Of a stretch of 64,000 bases of DNA, positions 50,575-64,000 are shown piece by piece. Every line of letters starts with the position of its first letter. The first letter of the stretch is position 1. The DNA lies in NCBI RefSeq assembly GCF_001194135.2, contig NC_068992.1:52545811-52609810 (forward strand), given 5' to 3'. The position numbers were made by a program, and so were the translations under genes. Source of the stretch: Octopus bimaculoides (Eukaryota). The notes beneath the pieces are model-generated. The model had not been told where the DNA came from. It worked only from the letters and a program-made list of their open reading frames with translations, and did not search any database.

Positions 50575-52061
50575 NNNNNNNNNNNNNNNNNNNNNNNNNN
50601 NNNNNNNNNNNNNNNGGTTTTACTCTCTTTCTTTGTATGTATGTATGTATACACATGCATACATCTACATACATACCACATATATATATATACATACATA
50701 TAATGCATACACACGCGCTCGCGCACGCACGCACATATACCAGGTTGAGTCAAAAGTGTTTCTGGATTTCCACTGATGATTTTTGGCAGCTTGTATCTCC
50801 TTGGTATTTGATAAAAACTTGTCGAAGGTAGATAACTGTCACACAAATGAGAATGAATTCCAATTGCGACAGAAAAAAGGTGTTGGGGTAGGGGGCTAAG
50901 TAGTTTCGTTTGCCTCAAGTGAGGGAAATGGCATCGATGTAACCAGAAACTTGCTTTGGTTTGTAACAATTCACCCAACCATAACTATTACGCCTAAAAT
51001 GTATTAAATACAAAAAATCCATGAATTGGTATTCTGAGTAGCTGAAAGGTTTTACTGTTGGATAATCCATTAGTTAGATCTAGTCTCTTCAAACCAATGA
51101 CATTGGTTACTGATCAAATGATAGGAACCGATCCTATATAATCGATACCACATATATTGGTTTAGCTTGAAATTCATTGATTCATATAAATTTTAGCGGA
51201 TATCTTCTCATCGTATTACGAGTCAGTCTGTTCTTAAGATATAGACCTTAAAGCATGTGATCCCCATTATGAAAGTGTAGAAATTCTGAGAAGAATATTT
51301 TCGCAACTACATTGACCAGACTAAGCACGTATAAGACTAAGTTTCGTTATGCTTAACGTAAAACTAGTTTATCCAATTTGTCTCAGTCACCCAAAACTAT
51401 ATACACTTCACGGTTTAGTAGTTGTTAATAGAAAACACATCTCCAGCATCACTTGTTCCAAACATTCATTGAAATCTTTTAATTTGCGGAGCCATCTAAC
51501 CAAAACTTGTAAAGGAAATGAGAAAGCAATGTAAAAAAGAAATGTTTAATATAGTGAAATGCTAAATATATCAGATAAGTAAATTTATATATATGTATAT
51601 ATATATATATATATATNNNNNNNNNNNNNNNNNNNNNNNNNNNNNNNNNNNNNNNNNNNNNNNNNNNNNNNNNNNNNNNNNNNNNNNNNNNNNNNNNNNN
51701 NNNNNNNNNNNNNNNNNNNNNNNNNNNNNNNNNNNNNNNNNNNNNNNNNNNNNNNNNNNNNNNNNNNNNNNNNNNNNNNNNNNNNNNNNNNNNNNNNNNN
51801 NNNNNNNNNNNNNNNNNNNNNNNNNNNNNNNNNNNNNNNNNNNNNNNNNNNNNNNNNNNNNNNNNNNNNNNNNNNNNNNNNNNNNNNNNNNNNNNNNNNN
51901 NNNNNNNNNNNNNATATTTAAAATTTAATTTTATTTCTTTGTGTGGTTTAAATACGTGGCAAGTTCTCAATTCATAAAAGTCTGAAACACAGTTCTCAAT
52001 TCTGGTTGAGTGGATATAGCTTGCGTATTCTTTATGCTTGCATTTTTCAGAATTAGCCGAT

Positions 52062-52092
<31 letters not shown>

Positions 52093-52135
52093 AGATAAAG
52101 AGAGAGAGAGAGAGAGGGGGGAGAGGATGAGGGAT

Positions 52136-52187
<52 letters not shown>

Positions 52188-52451
52188 CAACCATCAAACT
52201 AAGTTTCTTTGATTTATAACACAAAGGTGAAGTTTTCGGTAGAGACACAACCACATATTAAAACGTCTTTTATTAATGATATATAAGTAGTACAGACAAA
52301 GTATTACAGTTGTTGCAACAGACGGGAGGTAAACCACATGCTCTGTTGTATAAATTTTAATATTTAATAACACGTAGTTCAATAAAACAACGTCATTATA
52401 AATTCAAAGTTTTATAATCTCTAATGATAAAGCATTCCAATCACACAGACA

Positions 52452-52600
52452 TGAACAGACACAGACAGACAGAGATACACACTCACATACACAGACAGAC
52501 AGAGATACACACTCACATACACAGACAGACAGAGNNNNNNNNNNCAGACAGAGATACACACTCACATACACAGACAGACAGAGATACACACTCACATACA
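52452..52600. repeat. 30-bp minisatellite across a small gap
   Basis: Unit ACAGACAGACAGAGATACACACTCACATAC. Confidence 0.85.
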
Positions 52601-52952
52601 CACACAGAGACACATTTACAGATACAGCATCAATTTTCTTGAACTTCTCTGTCTAAAAGATTTACGAATCACTGGTTTTTTCCGAAGCAGGGGTGGTCAC
52701 CTTGGTCAACAGACTCGAAATGAAACAAATAACAAATTTACTTAAACATTTATGTGAAATAAAGGCACCTTTATGTTATGTATAATTGATATCAGTTTAT
52801 TAATACCGTATTGCACAAGGTGCCAATAAACTAGTTTGGCGGGCGCGTTAATTCGAAGTTTCTGTTCATAAATTAGTGCGGATTATAAGAGGTTTCAGAC
52901 CATCAGTACCCGGAAAGATGGTGTTGTACATGTATGTGAGTGCGTGAGTGTG

Positions 52953-52984
<32 letters not shown>

Positions 52985-52990
<6 letters not shown>

Positions 52991-53320
52991 AGGTGTAGCT
53001 CTGTGGTAAGGAGCTTCCCAACAACATCGTTCCCAACAACATCAGTCCAACTGCGTGGGCAATGTCTTTTACTGTAGCCTCGGGTCGACCAAAGCGTTGT
53101 GATTGGGTTTGGTAGACAGAAACTGAAAGAAGCCCGTTATCGCTTGACAACTGGTGTTAGTGAGTTTAAATCCCCGTGTCTAAGTGGTTCGGCAATGAGA
53201 CCAGTAGAATAAGTACTAGGATTAAAAATAAGTCCTGGGGTCGAATTATTCGAGAGAAATACTTTAAGGCGGTGCTTCAGCATGGCCACAGTAAAATGAC
53301 TGAAACAAGTAAAAGAATAT
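52985..53320 (+). mobile_element. SINE family A, diverged, internal microsatellite deleted
   Basis: GCGCAGGTGTAGCTCTGTGG...GAAAGAAGCCCG joined directly to ATCGCTTGACAAC...GACTGAAACAAGTAAAAGAAT. Confidence 0.8.
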
Positions 53321-53789
53321 ATATACACACACACGCGCACATATATTCTTACATACGTCCCTTATACAAATATATGTTTATATACACGCATAAAATTCTA
53401 CGAAGGAATCTGATAGATATTAAAAAAATGTGAAGATTCACAAATCCTACAAAATTTTTGATGCAGGGTTTACCGCAGTTCAGGCTGAACATTACTAAAT
53501 CAATCTAACTACAATGGTTTACTATGGTCAACGGTGCCACGCTTTCTTTGAATTAAAAGAAAGATTTTGATTTTGTTTAGCCTATTCCCACGCAGTGAAA
53601 ATAATAACTGCTATGAACATACTCATGACGTTTCAGATCTGATAGGAATGTTTCATCAATTCTATTCGAGTACCCCGAACTTGACTGACATTTAATTTAT
53701 CGCTTTCGAAAGGATAGGAGAGAAAAATAAACATGGACAGATCGAGACTCAGAACAGAAAGGGTCAGAAAAAATACTGGTTTCAAATTT

Positions 53790-53989
53790 TAGCACAAGAC
53801 CAACAATTTCGGAGGAGGAGTTAAGATGATGGTATCGACCCCAAGTATTCAAATGGTACTTAGTTTATCGACCACGAAATGAACAAAGACATAGTCGGCC
53901 TCGGAAGAATGTGAACTCAGAACATGAAGACGGACTAAATGCCGTTAAGTATTTTGTCCGGCGAGCTAACGACTCCGCTTGCTCGCTGC
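53790..53989 (-). mobile_element. SINE family D
   Basis: Core and head match; further copies at ~54285-54425 and 55740-55860. Confidence 0.8.
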
Positions 53990-56900
53990 TTTGATCAGAC
54001 CAAATATAGCAAGACATTCTGTACAACAGATCAAATAATTATAGAAATCCACCACTCCAAATAATTATTTCTATTTAATAAGACAAGCGCAGTTCCTGCA
54101 ATTTTGGGGAAGGTTGTTGGTTGAATGTACCGATTCCTGTACTTTTCTGGTTCTTTATTTCATCACTCTCGGAGGAATGGAAAGAAAGCAAAGGGTTTGA
54201 ACCAAGAACGTACAAATATGTTATGAAATTTTGTTCGCCGATCTAATGATTCTGTTAACCAACCAGCCTGAATTGACGGCTTCTAATTTAGACACAAAGT
54301 TAGCGATTTTGAGGGAAGACGAATAGTGAATATCATCGATTCTAGACATGACTAGTGCTTTATTTTATCGACTAGCAAATGACGAACAGCAAAGCTGATC
54401 TTACTGGGATTCGAACTCAGAACATAAAAAAACCCAGAAGAAACACCATAAATAATCATTCTACCGAAATTCTATCAATTCTTCTGGGTCACTGCACCAA
54501 AGTAATATGTAGTAATATTACATTGGAACAATTCATTCGACTAATCTAAATATCCCTCTCCTAAAAATATAAAAACTTTTATTGTACAAATTGTTATTTT
54601 CCTAATAATAATAATTTCTTTTGTCTAGGATCAAGTCATATTCCTTTCCATGTGAAGGAACAATAAATTGGTTTTATCAACCTCCGTATATTCCTGACAA
54701 ATATAAACGCCATAAGTGAAAATAGTGAGGAACCAAACCAGATACTGATCAGTTTCTCTTCTTTTTTTTTCTTCTTTTGGCCTCCTCACTACACTACTTC
54801 CATCCTCTATCGGTCACAATCTTCTTATTAACTCTTCGATTACCGAACCAGTAAAGTGAAGAATTCTCCACTATAGTAGCAGTGGACAGTTTAGATGGCA
54901 TGCTTGCTGAAGCTATCACAACGACAAATTCTTTTCAAAGGAATCAGCAGAATGGAAAACATATTAGAGTAAGCAATAGATTAGAAAATACCAGAATTAG
55001 AATTGTCTCGCATTTTATTACTCGAGTGTTTTCTATATCTCCGGTCCATTTTAGCAGACTGCTTTATGTTAAGAAGAGAATCCATCTGGAAAAATCTTTG
55101 TTTTAATTCCCACTAGAATGGTATTGCTGATAGCATTGCACATTGGTACTGAATCTATGGTGAGTAAAACAGATACCAAAACCAATATTTACCTGTGTTG
55201 CTATCAGAAATACAGTATAACGTAAAATAGTTCCTCTGTCTTAGCATTTACCCACTTTGTTTTTTCTTTTCTATCTTTTAGTCAGAAGGATAGGAAGCGC
55301 CACCGATATTAGTGAGAGGAAGGGGAGGTGTCTTCAAACGGGAATCCTCGCACAACTGCTAGCGACAGAATGAATGTCGCTAAAGACTACCAGAGTTCCC
55401 GGTAGTGGTATTAAACTGAGTGGCAAGTTAAGCCTATCATTCAAGCAGGATGTGAATTCAAAGGGTCGGTTCTGCTAATTCTCCGCTCTGAGAAGTTGCT
55501 ATTTCGACTTTCTTTTTATCGACCCTAGGGTCTGCTCATAATATTGATGTGACCGAAGCGTTGCTTTAACCGGTGATTCGCTCCGTATGACATAAGTTGT
55601 CTATCAATATGAACCAGGTTCCCGAGGCTTCGTCTTTCCAACAGTTCCAACAGGATGAGTTTAGAGATGAAAGGAGGTAAGTGAATAAGGAACACAGAAG
55701 AATCGGAAACGACACAGCTACTCAGATTGATACTCCACAAATCCATTGCCCTGGGATTATGCTTTATCGATCCCAAAGAAATGAAAGGCGAAGTTCAAAG
55801 CGCCAACAATTCGAAACAAGTCTCGCAAGGTATTTTATGTAGCGTACTAATGTCTGCCCTTTTGCTGCTTTATAACATAAAAGAACAATCTAACATTTCT
55901 TTAATATTTTGATTTTCTTTTAGTTAGTATTTTTATATGGCATCATTAGTTGAAGCATTCTTGAAAATGCACAAGTTTATTGGGATTTGGCTGTATCAGT
56001 ATGAATTGAAGTTTGCCGAGCTGCACACAGGCAGGTAGATAAAAGCGTAAACATTACACCTTCTTTCAGTTTTCGTTTACCAAATTCACTCACAAGCTGG
56101 CCCGGAGCTATATAAAAAGTCATTCGCGCACAGGTTCACTCCCATTGTGTGACACCGGACTCTGAGCCATTCGGTTGGGAAGGAAGCTTTTTATGACACA
56201 GTCACATAATAGATATAATATTCAAAAGATTTTTTCATTAAAACTTTATTGCGATCTTCACTCATTTGTAAAGTCCCCACGCCCAACCAAGATATTACTT
56301 CGCTTCGCTGATTGAACGTGCAACCGATACTGGGGAACGTCATATTGTATACTATTGATTTGAAGATACTGCTCTCCAACTGAGACATTCAGCAATGGTC
56401 GTCCAAGATTTTTCACAGGAAAGAAAGCCGACGACTTGAAGTTATATTGTGTTTTAAATTGTTTCTTTAGATAGATATTTGTATTGTTCAATTGCGAACA
56501 TATTATTGCTGTTCTGTAAGAAATATGTCTTTAATGTGTCTTACAGCCATTCGTTCATTGTTTAAAACTTAGTGCACAGTACATTGGTTGTTGCTGAAAG
56601 AGTTACCAAAGAAAAGAGATTACAATGAATGTATGTCATACGTCTCTGTTCTTTACTTTATTGATGATGTTGCTGAACTAGAAGTTTCTCGTTAATGATA
56701 TCAACACACCAACAGCTAACCGTAGCTTCTAGCACCAACACCAAGGGAACCAAGGATATGCTGAGTGCAATATAACTGCCAATACGATTTGTCTTCTTAT
56801 GCAAGACAGAAATAGAAGTGTTGAAGCATTTTACGTACTGCTAAAGGAATCCCATTCATTATACTGAAAATTTGACAGAATAACTTACGCTCTATCACCG

Positions 56901-58412
56901 ACTACGAGAAATATAAAAGAGCAGATTCTAAGAAAACAAACGTACTCTTAGTCGTCTTATATTGCCTTGTAATATATGGGCTGAAAGCAAAGTGATAAGA
57001 ATGGTTGTCTATTTTACTAGAGTAACATATGAAGAATCTAAATGAGAAGCATCTCGTCATATGATAAAATGAAAAAGCAAGCGAAATAACAAATACAATT
57101 GCTCTAAAAGAATCTTTTTCCTACTTGTACTCTGAATTCATAACGCCACTCATTATTCATTTTCGAAAACTATATTGCGTGTAGTTTTAAGATGAGGAAG
57201 CCATGGTGAGACTGTGCTTCATTTATGAGATCTAATAAGACCGAAATATATCCAGCATTCGTCAGCATCTTGCTAATAATCAGATTCACTTCACACTTAA
57301 TGACAAATTTAATCAAGGATTCTCCTCCTTGAATTTTTCACCGGAATTAGTTCTTCAGAAAATGATCATTTTCGTCAATATGCTTGCAATTTTAATCCAT
57401 TAATTCCTTGGAATAATGGATTAAAATCAAGTAACACGGCACTTTCAGTATATTAGATAATAAAGACACCCTGCAAGACAAAGCAAATTACGGCAATGAA
57501 GTTGGGGCTACTTTCAAGAGACAAGAAAACTAAACTAAGCCATTCACTCTAATACGTAGCGACATTCAAAGAGGCACACAGAAGATGAACTGATGCCGGA
57601 TATTTGTTCTCCGTGCCGTGAACAAACCCTGGAAAAAGAGGACGATTATAATGATTTTCTGATTTCAGTTATATGAATGTTTTAAACTACTTTAAACTAC
57701 TAGACATAGGATTGTTTATGTATTACATCAGAGTGTTAGAAAAAAGATACAGACCTTCGATCTGTTGTCTGGCTTTCTGACTTTCTGACTTTCTGTCAAC
57801 CAAGTCAGATGTGATTCTCGCGACTGAGATATTAATCATTGACCTTCCATTTGGTACACTCTGATAAGCTCGTATCGACGCATAAACTCAGCTAACTGTG
57901 AGAATCAAATAAATGAATACTCAACTATATATATATATATATATATTTAGAGAGAGAGAGAAACATACATATATATGCATATATATATGCACATGTGTGT
58001 GTGTCCTTATTTATGTTTATAAGCGTGTATGTATACATATATAGATATAAACATACACATGCACGCATACACGCATATATATATGTATATGAAGCTAAGA
58101 ATATTTATGAATATTCAATTGAAGCCAATATAGAAATCTGCTATAATATCTATATTATACTCAGCTATGTTAGTCTTACTAATAGAGATAAAATATTTCG
58201 TGTTCTCTTTCAGTGCTTTTCAAATGTTAATGCTTTACAAATGTTTCTTGTTCAAATCGACTTACTCGCAAAGATAAAATGTACAGAATATGTGGTTATT
58301 AATTTTTAGAAGAAATTTCAGAGTTGAAGCGAGACAAATATATTTAATCATGTTTTGGCAAGGAAATAAAAGTTCCAAAACACAGTCTGCTTTGCATGAG
58401 GGCAACACAATA

Positions 58413-58526
<114 letters not shown>

Positions 58527-58644
58527 CACACACATATCTATATATGTACAGATATATGTACATATGAAATAATAATAATAATGTTAATCTTCTTTCCTTT
58601 TTCTCCCTTTTATTTGATTTGATTAGTTTTCTGTTTTTTATTTT

Positions 58645-58816
58645 CTTATTTTGGGGGCGAGATGAGTCGATTACATCGACCCCAGTGTTCAACTGCGTCT
58701 CATTTTATCGACTCCGAAAGGATGAAAGGGAAAGTTGACCTCGACCGAATTTGAACTCAGATCGTAGCAATGGTATTTCCTCCGGCGCACTAACGATTCC
58801 ATCAGCTTGCTGCCTT

Positions 58817-58852
<36 letters not shown>

Positions 58853-59170
58853 AATAATCCTTTCTACTATAGGCACAAGGTCTGAAATTGTAGGAGAAAA
58901 TTTAAATCGATTACATCAACACCAGTACTCAACTGGTAGTTAATTTATCGACCCCGAAAGGATGAAAGGCAAAGTTGACCTGTGGAATTTGAACTCAGGA
59001 CGTTGCGGCTCACGAAAATACCGCTAAGCATTTCGCCCGGTATGCTGACGTTTCTTATTTCTTATTTCTTATTTCTTTACTGCCCACAAGGGGTTACACA
59101 CAGAGGGGACATACAAGGGCAGACAACGGGATTAAGTCGATTATATCGACCCCAGTGCGTAACTGGTACT
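58645..59170 (-). mobile_element. Cluster of three SINE family D copies with (AAC/AAT)n tails
   Basis: Copies at ~58645-58814, 58817-59050 and 59065-59170; CpG-rich cores ATCGACCCCAG and TTATCGACCCCGAAAGG. Confidence 0.88.
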
Positions 59171-60789
59171 TGCTCAACTTTTCGATAAACTGGTCGCAGT
59201 TATCTATTTCATTACTTCAAATACGCTGATGAGTGTCGGCTAACGTTAGGTATGAATACACAATCTGGTTTATCAATGCACACTAATAACAGTCACTTTA
59301 TATTTCAATTAAAAGTATACAGATAACTTTATACTTGTAAATCAAGACACATAATTATGGATATTTTTCCTCCGTACATTCTCACATAATACATACACCA
59401 GTGTATATATATATATATACATATACACACACATATATAGACACATGGATAGATATATAGAGGTATATATGGATGGGTGTACGTATGTATGTATGAGTGT
59501 ATTTAAATATGTATGTATGTATATACGTGTGACCTGGAGCTAAACATCACAAACATGCACGACATACGAGATTTTTTTCCTTCAAATAAAGGACTGGATT
59601 TTTAGAAATAAAACAAATTTTTATTTCTAAATAACCATATTCTTCTCAGATAACCAGTTAAATCAGCCATTTGCTTCCGTTCTTTTGTTCTTCATTGTAT
59701 TTCTCAATAATTTCGGATTTATAAATTTCCGATCTCTAATTTTTGTCAAATTTATTCAACCTTTTTGTTTTTGTCTTCTGTTCCCTTGTGCAGTCGGTCA
59801 TAATCTAATGTGCCAAAGTTTATTTTCCTAACGATTCCTATTCAACCACGAGACATATAGTTGCAATCATATCTTTCGAATCTCATGTTTATTCCGAAGT
59901 AGAAAAGGAACTCTTCAAAACAAAATTACTCCGAAAACACCAATCACGAATCATAGGCCAAAGCCAGACCATACTAGCATATTACAGAATAGCACCGCAC
60001 TGGAGAGTTAGATGGCCACTGTATTTCCTTAAGTATTTTGTTTTAAACCAATAAAATTTTATATTTTATTTAGAATCACCTTATCTTATGTGAGGGACTC
60101 AAAATTAACATCTGAAACTAAGAAAATAGCATTTAACCAAAACAAATTGATTAAACACACGTAACTTATTAAGTAAAAAAAAAATGATGATCTGTTTATG
60201 CCATTCTTCAAGTTACTCTTTTACAACTTTCAGAATAACTACAATTCATTGTGGAGTTGTTTACTACACAAAGTCACATTCCGTTACTTTAGCTCTTCCA
60301 CCTGTCTGATTACGTTAGAAAATTTTAACGACATCAGTAGCAGAGAGAAGAAAGCTAGTCTCTGTAATTGCATGCTAGTAGTTTAAATTTGTAAAGAATC
60401 GCTTGTCTAGAAGTACATGTCAACTCCATTACAGTCGAATTACTATTTGCAAATAATCTATATAATAATCTGGTGGTATTCCAGAAACTTAATATAAAAG
60501 TTATCGTGTAATTTCTTACGAATTATTCCAATATTTTCCAGGCACATATTAAATATGTCCCAGAAGACTAAGATATTTAATGTCTCATTGGACTTTTGTC
60601 TTGTATCAAATATAGTGGAATTCATACAGCCTTAATAAATGTTACTAATCAATTGTAATATCATTTACATATTAAATTCAATGCATAGGTTCACTTAAAT
60701 TCATGACCATGTCCTAGCTGTCTCTTTTTCATAAATTCTTTTGAGTGAAATGTTGAAATCTTGGTGAAATTAATGAGTTACTTAAGACA

Positions 60790-61225
60790 TGAAAGTTGTA
60801 CTGCAAACAATGCAAAAGTGGGAAAAACCTTGTTATTAATTGACACAATTTGTTCAAAGTGCTCATGTTGGTAGAATTATTCAAGAGCCAGCAATCTACC
60901 AAAATAATAGTGACAGATTTGTTGTGAGGTGGGATGACAAGAGGTTCAGTCTCCTTGATTTTCTGGAATGTGGCTGTATTGTGAACAGCGAGGAGACTGG
61001 GAGACTTAAAATTATACAAGTCATTTAGAAGAAGAAAGTGAGCGAAACAACATCCACCTGTTCGGTCCAATGAGAGACAATTTTCGGGGACAAAATGTTG
61101 AGACACACAAGAGGTGACAATGGTTAAGGGGAAGTAGGTACAGCAAAGCATATCTTAATTTTATCAAAGATTCGAGAAGTGAATTCAGCAGTAGTGCAAA
61201 TGCATTCGAGACTATATTGAATAAA
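60790..61225 (+). mobile_element. mariner transposase remnant
   Basis: FKSQQS...WDDKRFSLLDFLECGCIVNSE...HLFGPMRDNFRG...QWLRG...DYIE*, matching mariner catalytic and C-terminal motifs; frameshifts and deletions. Confidence 0.75.
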
Positions 61226-61789
61226 TGCCGTTCTATAGAGGTGGCGTTTCTCTCTCAATACCTGAAATTTGTGTGACTTGTGCCAGTCCATTAAATGCAA
61301 TGCCCGATTTTGTATCACTTTCGCTAGAACCCTCAGATTTATTAATGACTTTGATACTTTTAAGCCTTTTGGAATTTCTATGTGCATACACCAAAAAGAA
61401 AATTGTGCTTCTTCAAAATCTAAGACGGTGGGTGTTTTATAATGATAAAATATATACACTGAGCCTTCTTCATAAATCTGTTATTATGCGTCTTTATTTC
61501 ATGTTGACTATCTTGCTCAAGAAAACTATATGAAAAAAATGAAAGATAGATTTTAGAAACAAATTCTGTTATATATAAATGTTTGTATTTCAAGTCATAT
61601 TTCATAAGCTAAGTTCTAAATCAAAGCGTTCCTCGTTACTCTTGATATGAGATAGCCAAAGATGATAATAGTAGTCTGAAGTAGTTCGAGAAAGAGGGTT
61701 CAGCAATTTATTGCTGAAGAACGTGCAAACATGATTTGTTTATAGTGATCAAACGTTTGTGTTGTACATTAGCTGGTTTTATCCATCAA

Positions 61790-61965
61790 ATAGCCGTTGC
61801 CTGAACAGGTGTGCCACGCATCAGGTGTCGATGTGATCTCAAAGCAACGTGAGATTAAATGTTTTGTTCAAGAACACAACGCACTACCTTGTCCAAGAAC
61901 TGAAACTACGATCATGCGACCGTCAGTGTAACATCCCAAACCACTAGGTCGTGCGTCTTCACACA
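61790..61965 (-). mobile_element. SINE family E, degenerate
   Basis: GCAACGTGAGATTAAATGTTTTGTTCAAGAACACAAC...CCACTAGG, related to 19843-20089. Confidence 0.7.
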
Positions 61966-63194
61966 AGCAGGGACAAGACATTGTTTAGTGAGGTAAAGTC
62001 ACAGAAATGACTATACCTCTACGATAAAATCTGTTCAAGTGAGCTGAATTAGGATTGAAAAAGTGATCAATAAATATATTAATCCAAATCTTGGCTGCAA
62101 AACTTAGAACAATTATATGAGAATATTATTATTCCTGATATGAAGCAATTTTAAAATTACAACTAATTGAGAGGAAGATTAGTTTGATAATATGTGCATT
62201 CAGTTTACGACTTCATTAAATTTCAACAACTTTGGTATCATTGAGACGATTTCGTATACATTACCTTTCCATCACCTGTTTTAGAAGAATCAGATAATCC
62301 GATAAGTATACGATAACATGAAAAGCGTTAAGAAATATTAGAATGTTTCTGAGACAAGGAAAACTTCCTCCAAACTAAGATCGTAGATTTTGAGCTAAGA
62401 GTTTCAGTTGCTTTTAGTTAACACCTGCTTACAGAAATAATGACATATCTTATCAAAAATAGATCAATACCTTCCAAACTAAAGATTGTATGAACATATC
62501 GTTTATTAATCAATGCTCGTTAATTTGTCTGTATTTATCGTTTTTGTTATTTACGTATTGATTATTGTTTGTTTAGGTTTTCGCTCTCTACTGTTAATCT
62601 CAAGGCTAGAAAATAATAAAAGAAATTGTTAGCATTATTCATTGCAATGCGACTCTAATAACCATGAACGAAAAAAGAAGCAATGAAAACCGAAAACGAA
62701 AAACCAAAACTGAAAAAATACAAAACAAGTAAAATGCTGTTATTTCTGGAAGATGTTTTAGCTGAAGGCATTATACAACAAGAACAAAAACACCAACAAC
62801 AACAACAACAACGAAAACAACGACTGCAACATCAACAACAACAGCAGCAACAACAAAATACATTGCATAAAACATATCTTCTACAATGACTTGTCATAAC
62901 TATCGTCCAATCTGATATCTTCTTCATATATTTACATCTCGCTAGAAACGATACTCGTGTTACAAGATACATACTGACAGGCATACAGACTAACAGGCAT
63001 ACAGACTAACAGGCAGCCATAAAGATCTTTTTACCTTAGAGCATATATAAATGAATAGAAAAAAAAGAGAGTAAAAATCGAGACAGTAAGAACGGGAATA
63101 ATGGCTGGCTTTTGAAGATATCAATACAGGTTTAATTTTTGTGTAAGCGACAACTAATTTAATTATTTACTTCTAATAAGTTCACTCTATTTTT

Positions 63195-64000
63195 ATGTGT
63201 CTTCTCTTTTCCTTTCCAACAATTTTCTCTCCGTGGCTTTCTCTTTCACATCTAAGTTTTGCTATTCACGCATCAACACATACATACATACATATAGCTA
63301 TACACAAAGTCACACAAAGTCCCACAAAGTATAAACTGTCCATTTAAACACACACACACACATAAATACATTAAAAAAAACATAGCAATAATATCACATT
63401 ATACGCACACACATATAACTTTATGTATATATGTATGATTGGACGCAGAGAATCAGATGTATGGTGTTAGGTAGACAGTCTGTAACTATCTATATATCTC
63501 GATAGATACCATAGAGGTAAAATGAAATAAAGTACACTAAAATGTATTCCGGAACTTAAGTATTCGTATCAGCAACTTAACACAAAATTCCATTACTTGG
63601 AATTTGAGAGACGCAAAAATACATGACTGTTTTCAGCATGTGATTCTGAATAATAAACAACTCACTGCCAAGAATTCAGCATTTGAAAGCATTGGGCTAT
63701 ATATATNNNNNNNNNNATGTGTCTTCTCTTTTCCTTTCCAACAATTTTCTCTCCGTGGCTTTCTCTTTCACATCTAAGTTTTGCTATTCACGCATCAACA
63801 CATACATACATACATATAGCTATACACAAAGTCACACAAAGTCCCACAAAGTATAAACTGTCCATTTAAACACACACACACACATAAATACATTAAAAAA
63901 AACATAGCAATAATATCACATTATACGCACACACATATAACTTTATGTATATATGTATGATTGGACGCAGAGAATCAGATGTATGGTGTTAGGTAGACAG
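63195..64000. repeat. 284-bp direct duplication across a 10-N gap (63195-63478 = 63717-64000)
   Basis: The two copies appear identical by eye; the second starts immediately after the gap; probable contig overlap or allelic duplication. Confidence 0.85.

Noticed and set aside
56530-56650. Possible third hammerhead (stem AUUCAUUG/CAAUGAAC, GAAUGGCUGUAAGA on minus strand)
   Set aside because: CUGANGA and GAAA cores are not intact; too degenerate to call.
63195-64000. 284-bp direct duplication as a biological tandem repeat
   Set aside because: Apparently identical copy starts exactly at a 10-N gap; most likely an assembly or haplotype artefact.

Overview
AT-rich eukaryotic draft-assembly DNA with N-gaps and dense (TA)n/(CA)n/(GA)n/(GAT)n/(AAC)n microsatellites. 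The tRNA-derived SINE families look like those I recall from octopus genomes (recollection, not a database match). No long intact ORF is present; almost every entry in the ORF track comes from microsatellites, N-runs or SINEs. Recognisable coding remnants are all decayed transposons: a Helitron Pif1-helicase 3' end with hairpin+CTAG, a DD37D (maT) element, three mariner remnants, a Tc1 5' half, an RTE LINE RT split by an unidentified ~520-bp insert, and an R4/Dong-like LINE 3' end. Non-coding elements with clear termini include a 165-bp solo LTR (5-bp TSD), a 278-bp MITE, and a 675-bp TIR element (8-bp TSD, internal (TTAGGG)3). A Penelope-type minimal hammerhead ribozyme motif lies at 42888-42933 (minus strand), with a degenerate second motif at 40714-40822. 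CpG is strongly depleted left of ~37-43 kb and retained to the right. With a CCAAT/Inr-like promoter and a GTGAGT donor at 44279, this suggests an unidentified, gene-body-methylated minus-strand gene starting near 44.45 kb; its exons can only be tentatively proposed. Other points of interest are a circularly permuted SINE-B segment inside a SINE-A copy, and an apparent filled/empty allele pair of a young SINE placed in tandem by the assembler. I found no evidence for a prokaryote-style novel system.
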